Below, piece after piece: positions 1 to 8,399 of a DNA stretch of 32,000 nt. The number at the start of each line of letters is the position of its first letter. Position 1 is the stretch's first letter. The notes under the pieces were generated by a model. The model saw only the letters and a list, made by a program, of their open reading frames with translations. It made no database searches and was not told the DNA's origin. A program made the translations under genes and the position numbers. Source of the DNA: Gemmatimonadota bacterium (lineage in GTDB: Bacteria > Gemmatimonadota > Gemmatimonadetes > Gemmatimonadales > Gemmatimonadaceae); the NCBI GenBank assembly GCA_028287305.1, contig JAQBPX010000021.1, positions 84,433 to 116,432 of the forward strand, written 5' to 3'.

Positions 1-150
1 CACATCGAGCGATCCGGCGCCGTCGGAGTCCGTCGTCGCGACGGTCACCTCGTGTCCGGCGGCGACGAGCGCCTCCGTCATGCCCCGTATGGCGACGCTG
101 GGGCCCCCATCACGCAGGCCGACGCCGGCGATCACGTGCAGGATGCGCAT
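1..150 (-). CDS. Glycosyltransferase, GT-B/GT4-like, first 50 codons only (gene continues past the left edge)
   Basis: Not in the ORF track because it runs off the window. The reverse complement of 1..150 reads MRILHVIAGVGLRDGGPSVAIRGMTEALVAAGHEVTVATTDSDGAGSLDV, a typical GT4 N-terminus. The ATG at 150..148 overlaps the upstream TGA by 1 nt (TGATG). Confidence 0.7.
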   Translation of the reverse strand, partial: MRILHVIAGVGLRDGGPSVAIRGMTEALVAAGHEVTVATTDSDGAGSLDV

Positions 151-2057
151 CAGGCCTCCAGCAACTGGGGCTCCGCGGGCTCCGCCGCGCCGCCCTCGAG
201 TCCGACCTGCTCCGCCCAGCGCACCAGCGTGAACAGCGCCCAGGGCCGGCTCCAGCTGAGCCCCGGCTGGCGGGCCAGGAACCCGCTCCATACCATCGCC
301 ACGCCGGCAGGATCGAGCCCGCTGCGACGCACGCGAACCGGATCCAGCAGCGCGCGCTCGACCTCCGAGTACAACTCGCCACGCATCCAGTGGTCTAACG
401 GAAGCGCGAACCCCTGCTTGGGACGATCCCACACCTCGCGCGGGAGCTTCGCGCCCATGGCGTCGATGAGCAGTGGCTTGTTCACGCCCTGGCGCATCTT
501 CAGCGAGTCGTCGATCGCCATCGACGCAGCCGCCACGGCGCGATCCACGAAGGGCACGCGCAGTTCCAGTCCGTGCGACATGCTGAAGACGTCCGAATCG
601 CGCAGCAGCGTGGAGCGCATGTAGCCGGTGACCTCGTACCACGACACCTGCTGCAGCATCGTGAAGTTCGGCGGCGCATCACCGGCGCGCGGCCAGTCGG
701 GCACCACCCCGAGCGAGAGGAGCGCGCGCGGGCCGAACAGGGTGCGCGATCCTTCGTATGCGCCTCGGGCCGGCGTCTGCTCGGACACCATGGCGGCGAT
801 CTTCTCAGCGCGGCCTCCGCGGCGACCCATCAGTGCGCCGGCGGCGCGACGCACGCCATCGGGCGCGAGCCACAGGCGGGCGACGCGACGCGCCCGCGCG
901 AACGACGGATAGCCCGCGAACAGCTCGTCGCCGCCGAGGCCCGAGAGCACGACCTTGATGCCCCTCTCGCGCACCGCGCGACTCACCGCGAAGGTGTTCA
1001 GTCCATCGAGCGATGGCTGGTCCATGGCCCGCAACGCCGCGGGCAGCGCCTCGAGCATGTCACCACCGCCGAGCGGGATCTCATGGTGCCGCGTTCCGAG
1101 GCGGTGCGCGATTGCGCGTGCGTAGGCCGCCTCGTCGAAGCCCGCCTCTCCGAGCACGATGGTGAAGGTGTCGATCGGGGAGGCGCTCGACTCTGCCGCC
1201 AGCGTGGTGATCACGGAGCTGTCGATGCCGCCCGACAGGAACGACCCGACCGGCGTGTCGGCAATGAGGTGCCCCTGCACGCTGTCGCGGAGCGCGGCCT
1301 CCACCATCCGTGCGGCTTCGCGCGCGTCGCGCACGAGCGGGCGGCCGGAACCCTCGAGCGCCGGGGCGAATGCGCGTGGTGCGCCGCAGGTTGCGACGCC
1401 ATTCGCCACCGTCACCTCCGCGAAGTGACCCGCGGGCAGCATCTCTACACCCGCGATCATCGCCAGCGGCTCCGGCACGGAGCCGCTGGCGAGATAGCCA
1501 GCGAGCGCGCGAGGAGAGGCGCGCCGCTCCACCATTCCCGACGAGAGCAGCCCGCGCACCTCGCTGGCGAACAGGACGTTGCCCTCGCGGCGCGCGAGGT
1601 AGAGGGGCTTCATGCCGAACTGGTCGCGCGCCACCACGCCACGACCCGCGTGCGAGTCCCACCAGGCCAGCGCGAACATTCCGCGCAGCCGCGCGACGTA
1701 CCGCGCGCCGTGGCGGATCAGCCCCTCGAGAATGACCTCGGTGTCGGACGTCGAGCGGAACTGCACCCCGTCCTGCTGCAGCTCGAGTCGCAGCTCACGA
1801 TAATTGTAGATCTCGCCGTTGAACACGAGCACGTGCCGCTCGCCGCTCGACTGCGCGAACATCGGCTGGTGACCGAGCGGCGACAGGTCGATGATCGCGA
1901 GGCGCCGATGCCCGAACGCGCCCGCGGGATCTCCGCCCGGCGCGATGAGCCGCGTGAGGCCGCCATCGTCCGGACCACGATGCGCGAGGCAGGCGGTCAT
2001 GCGACCGACCACGTCGCCGCCACGCGCATTTCCGAAGGCCCCGGCGATGCCGCACAT
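150..2057 (-). CDS. asnB: Asparagine synthase-like glutamine-hydrolysing amidotransferase (AsnB family paralog in a polysaccharide locus)
   Basis: 635 aa. N-terminal MCGIAG (class II amidotransferase catalytic Cys2) and the SGGIDSS PP-loop motif. Both gene junctions overlap by 1 nt. Confidence 0.9.
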   Translation of the reverse strand: MCGIAGAFGNARGGDVVGRMTACLAHRGPDDGGLTRLIAPGGDPAGAFGHRRLAIIDLSPLGHQPMFAQSSGERHVLVFNGEIYNYRELRLELQQDGVQFRSTSDTEVILEGLIRHGARYVARLRGMFALAWWDSHAGRGVVARDQFGMKPLYLARREGNVLFASEVRGLLSSGMVERRASPRALAGYLASGSVPEPLAMIAGVEMLPAGHFAEVTVANGVATCGAPRAFAPALEGSGRPLVRDAREAARMVEAALRDSVQGHLIADTPVGSFLSGGIDSSVITTLAAESSASPIDTFTIVLGEAGFDEAAYARAIAHRLGTRHHEIPLGGGDMLEALPAALRAMDQPSLDGLNTFAVSRAVRERGIKVVLSGLGGDELFAGYPSFARARRVARLWLAPDGVRRAAGALMGRRGGRAEKIAAMVSEQTPARGAYEGSRTLFGPRALLSLGVVPDWPRAGDAPPNFTMLQQVSWYEVTGYMRSTLLRDSDVFSMSHGLELRVPFVDRAVAAASMAIDDSLKMRQGVNKPLLIDAMGAKLPREVWDRPKQGFALPLDHWMRGELYSEVERALLDPVRVRRSGLDPAGVAMVWSGFLARQPGLSWSRPWALFTLVRWAEQVGLEGGAAEPAEPQLLEA

Positions 2058-3196
2058 CAGTCGCGCCCTCGCGAGCCGAACACCGGCGTGAGCGCGGCGG
2101 CGATGCGGGCGCGGAACTGCGGGAAGGTGAAGTCACGCTCGAAGCGGCGGCGCCCCGCCTCGCCCATGCTGCGCGCGAGCTCCGCATTCTCGAGCAGGCT
2201 CGCCACGCGATTGGCGAGTTGGGCAATGTCGCGCTGCGGTGCCAGCCAGCCCGTGCTGCCGTCAACGATCACCTCGCCCGCCGCGTCATCGGTCCCGCCC
2301 ACGCAGGGCAGCGCCTGCCGCATTGCCTCGAGGTATACGAGGCCGAAGCCCTCGCCGGTGCTCGGCATCACGAACGCCCGCGCGTTGGCGAAGAGTCCCT
2401 CGAGCAGCGCGTCATTCACGCGGCCAGGAAAGAGGATCTCCCCTGCCAGCCCCGCCGCGCGCGCCTTGGCGCGCAGCCGGTCCAGGTCATCGCCACCGCC
2501 AGCCACCACGAGCCGCGCGCCGGGCACGCGCGCGCGCACCCGGGGCCATGCCTCGATCAACTGGTCGTGCCCCTTGTATCGCTCGCCGCTCGAGAGGCGA
2601 CCCACGATCAGCGCGTAGCCGGCACCACACCGCGCCAGCGTTGCGCGATCCTCGCCGGACATCTCATGCCCGGGCGCGTCCGCCTCGGACAGCGCCAGCG
2701 GACACGCCACCCCGAGTGGAGCGGAGGGACAGGCCTCGCGCAGCTTTCGCGCGGTGAACTGCGAGTTCGTGACCAGCAGCCGGGCATCCACCAGCGCACG
2801 GCGACGCGACGCATCCAGTGGCGCGTCCCAGATCTCCTTGCCATGCACGAACACGGCGTAGGGAAGTGCCAGTGCGCGGGGAACGAGCCCATGCGCACGC
2901 GCGAGCCCCACGTGATTGTAGAGCACCCAGTCGGCGCGCCGGCTGAGCTGCCATGCCGCGATGCCGGCCGCGAAACGACCGCGCGACGTGAGCGAGCCTG
3001 CCTTCGGCCCAAGCTCGATCAGGCGGGGCGGTGCGCCGCTCAATTCGGTGATCGCGCGGTCCAGCAGTCCCGCCACGTAGCCGATGCCGTCACCGCCGCG
3101 CGCGCCGAGTGGCGTGGCCAGGCCCACGCGCTGGCCCGCAAGTGGCAGCGCATCCGTGCGCGCAGCGCTCCATGGTGCCACCGCGATCGTGTGCAT
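2057..3196 (-). CDS. Glycosyltransferase family 4 (GT-B)
   Basis: C-terminal EGFGLVYLEAM (E-X7-E type motif) and GT-B architecture. The ORF-track start (3475) is trimmed to the internal ATG at 3196 (MHTIAVAP...), which overlaps the upstream stop as TGATG. The discarded 93 codons are Arg/Pro-rich and lie inside the upstream gene. Confidence 0.85.
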   Translation of the reverse strand: MHTIAVAPWSAARTDALPLAGQRVGLATPLGARGGDGIGYVAGLLDRAITELSGAPPRLIELGPKAGSLTSRGRFAAGIAAWQLSRRADWVLYNHVGLARAHGLVPRALALPYAVFVHGKEIWDAPLDASRRRALVDARLLVTNSQFTARKLREACPSAPLGVACPLALSEADAPGHEMSGEDRATLARCGAGYALIVGRLSSGERYKGHDQLIEAWPRVRARVPGARLVVAGGGDDLDRLRAKARAAGLAGEILFPGRVNDALLEGLFANARAFVMPSTGEGFGLVYLEAMRQALPCVGGTDDAAGEVIVDGSTGWLAPQRDIAQLANRVASLLENAELARSMGEAGRRRFERDFTFPQFRARIAAALTPVFGSRGRD

Positions 3197-4692
3197 CAGC
3201 GGCCGAGGGCTGCAGGGCCCATGCCCTCTGCCCTTCTCGTCCGGGCGACGCGGACTCGCTTCGGAAGCGTCGACCACCCCGGCGCCAGCCAGATGATCAT
3301 CCACGCGATCAGCGAGGCCTTGGCCACGTGATTCAGGATCTCGGCCGTGCTCAGCTCGGGCGAGATCGCCGGCGCGATGATGAATGGCACCCAGGCCCAC
3401 CAGAGCGGGGAACCGAGGGACCATCGTCGCGCGGTGGCGAACAGCAGCCCGAGCAGCAGGCCATACACGAAGCACGCGATGATGCCGCCCATCCCGAAGT
3501 TCGCGTACATCTCGCCGATGATGCCGTAGTTCATGCTCGTGACGCCCACCAGTTCGATTCCGCTGAAGCGCGTGAGGAACACGAAGCCGCCGGCCACCAC
3601 CTTGTCGGGATTCATGAACCGCGGCACCGCCGCGCCGGCAAGTGCCGTGACGATGGTCTCACCCTTGGCGTACGGCTCCGAGCGCGGCGTCCAGGTGAGC
3701 ACGCGCCCGATGATCCACCCTTCGTTGAATCGCGACAGGTTGAAGACGAGGTTCGTCTTCGAGAAGAGCAGGCTGGGTCGCGTCGCGTACTCCAGCACCG
3801 CGCCGCCAAGCTTGCCGCTGCGGGCCGCGGCGTCGTCGTTGCTCTCGCGCATCTGCTCGCGAAAGCCCATCTTCACGCCGTTGAGCGCCATCGTGAGCAC
3901 GAACAGCATCACGGCTCCCACCACGAACATCCAGCGTGGCGTGCGCGAGCGGTAGATGATCATCATGCCGGCCAGCGAGAGCCAGATGAGCAGCTCGAGG
4001 AACTGGCCGCCGTACGACTGCAGGATGATCTCCGAGGCGACGACGAGCAGCAGGCGCCAGCGCCAGCCGGGCGCGCGGGCGATCGTGAATGCGAAGGCGC
4101 CCACATAGCACTGGTACCCCGCGAGCACGGCCACGAACTGCAGCGAATTCGGCAGCGCGTGCGCGAGCAGGGCAAGCCGGAAGGGCAGGCCGCCGTAGAT
4201 CATCGCGTTCAGCGCGAGGCGCATGGGCCCGGACAGCTCGATCGGTTTTTCCGCCTCTCGCGGTGGCGTGCGGCGAGCCGGACCCTTCAGCGGCAGGTAC
4301 ATCCCCAGCACGAACGCCATGATCGCCGGCGTGACGTAGCCGAAATAGTCCGGCGCGGGCAGGGCCATGGGCAGCGACGGCACGTCGCGCGGCAGCAGGT
4401 ACACCAGCCACGGGGCGATGACGTCCATCAGCAGTACCAGCAACCCCAGGAGGCCTGGCAGCCACGGCAACTCGCTCCTTACGGCGAGCAGGTGCCAGGC
4501 GAGAAACACCGCGGTCGCGAGCCCAGGTCCGATCCACGCGGAGATGCCGCCGTAGGTCGGCCAGAGCAGCATCCCCGCGAGCACGCTCCCGAAGAGGGCG
4601 CGGCTGAACGTCGACGCCGGCACGAAGTAGCGCCAACGCTCGGCACGGGGCCTCCGCGCCGTGCCCTCCAGGGGGAAGGTGGTGGCCGTCAC
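3196..4692 (-). CDS. Polytopic membrane protein, Wzy-like polysaccharide polymerase / O-antigen-ligase-like (function inferred from context)
   Basis: 498 aa. About 10 or more hydrophobic segments by eye, sitting among glycosyltransferases. The GTG start at 4692 overlaps the upstream stop (GTGA). I recognised no specific family motif. Confidence 0.6.
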   Translation of the reverse strand: MTATTFPLEGTARRPRAERWRYFVPASTFSRALFGSVLAGMLLWPTYGGISAWIGPGLATAVFLAWHLLAVRSELPWLPGLLGLLVLLMDVIAPWLVYLLPRDVPSLPMALPAPDYFGYVTPAIMAFVLGMYLPLKGPARRTPPREAEKPIELSGPMRLALNAMIYGGLPFRLALLAHALPNSLQFVAVLAGYQCYVGAFAFTIARAPGWRWRLLLVVASEIILQSYGGQFLELLIWLSLAGMMIIYRSRTPRWMFVVGAVMLFVLTMALNGVKMGFREQMRESNDDAAARSGKLGGAVLEYATRPSLLFSKTNLVFNLSRFNEGWIIGRVLTWTPRSEPYAKGETIVTALAGAAVPRFMNPDKVVAGGFVFLTRFSGIELVGVTSMNYGIIGEMYANFGMGGIIACFVYGLLLGLLFATARRWSLGSPLWWAWVPFIIAPAISPELSTAEILNHVAKASLIAWMIIWLAPGWSTLPKRVRVARTRRAEGMGPAALGR

Positions 4693-5864
4693 GAGGCAGT
4701 CCTCCCAGCGAGCATGGCCTCGCTCGCCCCGTCCGCCGCCCGCGTCACGCTGAAGCAGTCGTGCACCAGGTCCCGGGCGCTCGCGCCCATGGCCTGGGCG
4801 CGACCCGGTTCACCCGCCAGGGCACCGAGGTGCCGGGCGATCGCCCGTACGTCGCCGAGCGGAACGGTGAAGCCCGTGCGGCCGCTGCGCACCAGGTCAG
4901 GTGCGCAACCGGCCGCCTCGGAGACGATGGCGGGTCGACCGCTGGCCATCGCCTCGTTCACCACGAGTCCCCACGTTTCTCTCGCATCCGAGGCGAGCAC
5001 AAGCACATCTGATGCCGCGTACGCAGCCGGGATCTCACGCTGGTTCAGGAAGCCCGCAAACCGGATCGGGGCGTCGAGCCGCGCCGCCTCCGCCTCGCAG
5101 GCGGACCGGAGTTCCCCGTCCCCCACCATCAGGCCCACCACGCCGGCGTCGCGCGACCCTGCGACCGCCTTCACGAAGTCCAGGGGCCGCTTCTTCTCCA
5201 CGAACTTCCCCGCGAAGAGCGCGACGGTCGCGTTCACCGGCAACTGCCACCGCGCACGGGCGGACCCGCGCTCCGGCGATGCCCTGTCCGCCTCGGCCGA
5301 AAAGAAGTCGTTGTCCACGAAGTGTGGCGAGCGAAGCACTCGCCTGGCCCCGTAGTGGTGGAAATACTCATCCGAGCGGGCCCCCACGCTCAGGCACGCA
5401 TCGAATCGCCGGATGAAGGGCGGATACACCAGGCGCTTCACCATACGCTTGAGCGCAGAGGACTGCGCGCCGAGCTGGGAGTCGCTGCGCACGAACACGG
5501 GAATCCGGCTGCGGCGCGCGGCGCGCAGCGCCTGCAGGTAGCTGCGGGCGTGCCATCCCATCAACAGCAGCCCGTCGAAGCGCTCACGCTCGATCACGCC
5601 CGCCACGTGCGGGGTGTCGTAGCTGGAGAAGCTGTTGGCCCCGGGATCCTTCGCCCGATTCGCGAGCCAGAGGTGCCGGTAGCCGGCGGTGACGTCCACG
5701 TCCCACTCGAATGCCACGCCGAAGCCGTGCCCCTGCTCGGCGGCGGTGGGCCGGTGCGCAAAGCAGACGGTGACGTCGACACGCCGCGCGAGCTCGCGGT
5801 AGAGCGCCGCGTTGTACTGCACGGGGTGCGTGGCGATGACGCCCAGGTGATAGCGCTCAGCCAT
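4689..5864 (-). CDS. Glycosyltransferase family 4 (GT-B)
   Basis: ETWGLVVNEAMASGRPAIVS (E-X7-E motif). Start trimmed from 6044 to the ATG at 5864 (MAERYHLGVIATHP...), which overlaps the upstream gene end by 8 nt. Confidence 0.8.
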   Translation of the reverse strand: MAERYHLGVIATHPVQYNAALYRELARRVDVTVCFAHRPTAAEQGHGFGVAFEWDVDVTAGYRHLWLANRAKDPGANSFSSYDTPHVAGVIERERFDGLLLMGWHARSYLQALRAARRSRIPVFVRSDSQLGAQSSALKRMVKRLVYPPFIRRFDACLSVGARSDEYFHHYGARRVLRSPHFVDNDFFSAEADRASPERGSARARWQLPVNATVALFAGKFVEKKRPLDFVKAVAGSRDAGVVGLMVGDGELRSACEAEAARLDAPIRFAGFLNQREIPAAYAASDVLVLASDARETWGLVVNEAMASGRPAIVSEAAGCAPDLVRSGRTGFTVPLGDVRAIARHLGALAGEPGRAQAMGASARDLVHDCFSVTRAADGASEAMLAGRTAS

Positions 5865-7158
5865 GCGCTGCCTGGGACACGCGGTCGAACACCGAGAAGA
5901 TGTGCCGCGACATGCGCTCCGCGGAGTACGACTCGAGCGCATCCAGTCGTACGAGCGCCGGGTCGTACCCGCCCGGCAGCAGCAGCGCTGCGAGTGCGTC
6001 AGCGATTGCGCCCACTCGCTGCTCCGCGCGCACCTCGTCCCCATACGTCACGAGCGCGCCCGCGTGCGTCTCGCGCATCACGTCGCCCACGGTGCTCCGC
6101 TCGTGATACACCGCCAGCAGCGGCCGTCGCGCGAGGATGCACGGAAAGATCTTCGACGCGGTGTAGTGATGATCGGTACTGCCGAGCGCGAGAATCCCCT
6201 GCGCCGAGGTCAGCACGCGCAGCGCGTCGAGGTACGGGATGCGCCTGGGGTGCTCGCTCACGATGTCACCGAGACCCATCTCCTGCGCGACCGGCTCTAC
6301 CAGCCCCCGCGTGGGGTTCGGGTCATACGTGGTGCCGAAGAAGTGCAGTCGCAGCCTGGAGAACGGATCGGGAGCGCGCTCGCGCAACTGCTGCACGGCA
6401 CGCAGCGTGGCGCGGAGCGTCTCGTATCCATTCGGCAGCATGGCACCCACGTACACCAGGTGCGTGAGCCCATCGTTCGCATCGAAGTACTCGTGACGCG
6501 AACCGCGCTCGCGAATCCGGTCGAAGTCCGTCGCCTCGAAGCCGAACGGCACCGCGCTGAAGCGGTCGGCGGGGACGTCGGGATAGCGCCCGCGAATGCC
6601 GTCGTTCGTGCCGTCGGACACGGCGAGCACGTGCGCCGCCTCGCGCACGATCGCCGGCTCCATGGCCGCGCCGAGCCGCATGGTCCAGAAGATCTTCCTC
6701 CATGGATGATCCTCCGCCTCGCTCAGCGGGTACACCCACGGGTCGGTGAAGTCGAGCACGTACGGAATGCCCAGCTCGCGCCGGACGTCGGCGCCCAGCT
6801 GGAAGGTGACGAAGGGCCCTCCCGGCAGGAACAGGACGTCCGGCTTGCGCTCGCGACAGAGCTGCAGCAGCGCGCGCCGCATGGGGAAGTACGCGCGCAT
6901 GCCGAGGTCGCCGAGGCCGACGCGTCGGGCGAGCCGCGTTGGGATCGCCTTCGTGCGCGTGATGCGAAGGCCTGCCGGCAGGAGCTCCAGCAACTCCTCG
7001 TCGGGCGCCTCGGCGATGTAGCGCGGATCGACCATCATCACTTCCGCATCCCAGCCATTCGCGCCGGCGTAGCGCGCCAGGAAGCGCGCGCGGTGCGTGG
7101 CCGGCGAGGGGTGCGGGGGAAATGCGGGCGCGACGATCAGCAGCCGGCGCGCGCTCAT
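5857..7158 (-). CDS. Glycosyltransferase, GT-B fold (GT4-like)
   Basis: N-terminus MSARRLLIVAPAFPPHPSP, typical of GT4_4-type N-domains, with a C-terminal Rossmann-like half. Start trimmed from 7278 to the ATG at 7158, giving an ATGA overlap with the upstream stop. Confidence 0.65.
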   Translation of the reverse strand: MSARRLLIVAPAFPPHPSPATHRARFLARYAGANGWDAEVMMVDPRYIAEAPDEELLELLPAGLRITRTKAIPTRLARRVGLGDLGMRAYFPMRRALLQLCRERKPDVLFLPGGPFVTFQLGADVRRELGIPYVLDFTDPWVYPLSEAEDHPWRKIFWTMRLGAAMEPAIVREAAHVLAVSDGTNDGIRGRYPDVPADRFSAVPFGFEATDFDRIRERGSRHEYFDANDGLTHLVYVGAMLPNGYETLRATLRAVQQLRERAPDPFSRLRLHFFGTTYDPNPTRGLVEPVAQEMGLGDIVSEHPRRIPYLDALRVLTSAQGILALGSTDHHYTASKIFPCILARRPLLAVYHERSTVGDVMRETHAGALVTYGDEVRAEQRVGAIADALAALLLPGGYDPALVRLDALESYSAERMSRHIFSVFDRVSQAAHG

Positions 7159-8396
7159 GCCAGCGCGCCGAGCGCCTGCACCAGGCGCGGCTCCTCGATT
7201 GCCCAGGAAAAGCGGGCGCGCGCAGCCTCTCGCGCCGCACGCTTTGCGCCGGCGAGGGAAGGGCGATCGTCGCGCCACCGGGCGATGGCGGCCGCGAGCG
7301 CGGGAATGTCGCCTGCGCGATAGAGCACACCGGCGTTCGGCACCGCGTCGAGCGCGGCCCGCTGCCCCGGCGTGTCCGTGGCAATCACGGGAATGCCGGC
7401 GGCGAAATAGCTCAGCAGCTTGTTCGAGAGCGCGAGCCGGTTGTTCTCGGAGAAGCCCGGCTCGAGCGCGAGGCCCACGTCGTAGTGCGACGCGAGGGGC
7501 ACGAGCTCGTCGGGATCGCCCGCGGCGTGAATGATCACGCGGTCGCGCGAGCCATTGCGCGCGGCACGCGCCAGCAATCCCGCAAGGTACGAGGCGCTCG
7601 CGTCTCCGCGAATGTGCAGTTCCACGTTTCCACCGGCGAGCCCCAGCGCGTCCACGGCATCCTCCAGTCCGCGCCGCTCACCGATCATCTGGGAGAACCA
7701 GTACAACCGAAGCGGCTCGCCCCCTGGCTCGACCGCGCGCGGTTGGCGCACGGACTCCGCGGCAAGAGACGGAAAGCTGTTGAGGATCGTGAACGGCCGA
7801 GGGATGCCGAGGCGCTCCATGAGCAGCTGCGCGATCGGGTCGGAGCTCGCCGTCACCAGGTCGCACCTCGGCAGCCACGCCGATTCCACTCGTCGCACCA
7901 GTCGCGCGCGGGGCGAGTCGTACATCTCGTCCGGCAGCTGGCCGCTGTGCAGGTCCTCCACGTCGAACGCCAGCGCGGCGCCCGTCTTCGCGGCGGCGCG
8001 CCCGGCGGCCGGCAGCGCCTCGATGGTGTACGCGACGATCACGTCAGGCCGCTGCAGAACGATCGCATGCTCGAGCGGCAGCAGGTAGCGGCTCACCGCC
8101 TGGTCCCGGATGGCGGGAATGGCGCTCAGGGGCGCCGGCGATGCCGCGGCCAGCGCCTGCACCGCGGCGCAGAGCATCCACTGCGCGCTTCCCCGGTCGC
8201 CGCGACGCGCCTGCACCGGCGCGTGATGCCAGCTCCGCGTGGCGAGCAGTCTCTCATCGCGCGCGGCGAGGTCGGCGCGCTGGTCGAGCGCCACCACGGT
8301 CACGTGGTGCCCCGCGGCCGCGAGCGCGTCAGCGGCCTTCACGGGGCGAGGCGCGACCGACACGTGGGCGGCCGTCACGATGCAGAACCGCGGCAT
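7155..8396 (-). CDS. Glycosyltransferase family 1/4 (GT-B)
   Basis: 413 aa. The N-domain begins MPRFCIVTAAH and the C-domain contains NKLLSYFAAGIPVIATDTPGQ. Starts 3 nt after the wecA-like stop. Confidence 0.75.
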   Translation of the reverse strand: MPRFCIVTAAHVSVAPRPVKAADALAAAGHHVTVVALDQRADLAARDERLLATRSWHHAPVQARRGDRGSAQWMLCAAVQALAAASPAPLSAIPAIRDQAVSRYLLPLEHAIVLQRPDVIVAYTIEALPAAGRAAAKTGAALAFDVEDLHSGQLPDEMYDSPRARLVRRVESAWLPRCDLVTASSDPIAQLLMERLGIPRPFTILNSFPSLAAESVRQPRAVEPGGEPLRLYWFSQMIGERRGLEDAVDALGLAGGNVELHIRGDASASYLAGLLARAARNGSRDRVIIHAAGDPDELVPLASHYDVGLALEPGFSENNRLALSNKLLSYFAAGIPVIATDTPGQRAALDAVPNAGVLYRAGDIPALAAAIARWRDDRPSLAGAKRAAREAARARFSWAIEEPRLVQALGALA

Positions 8397-8399
8397 CGC

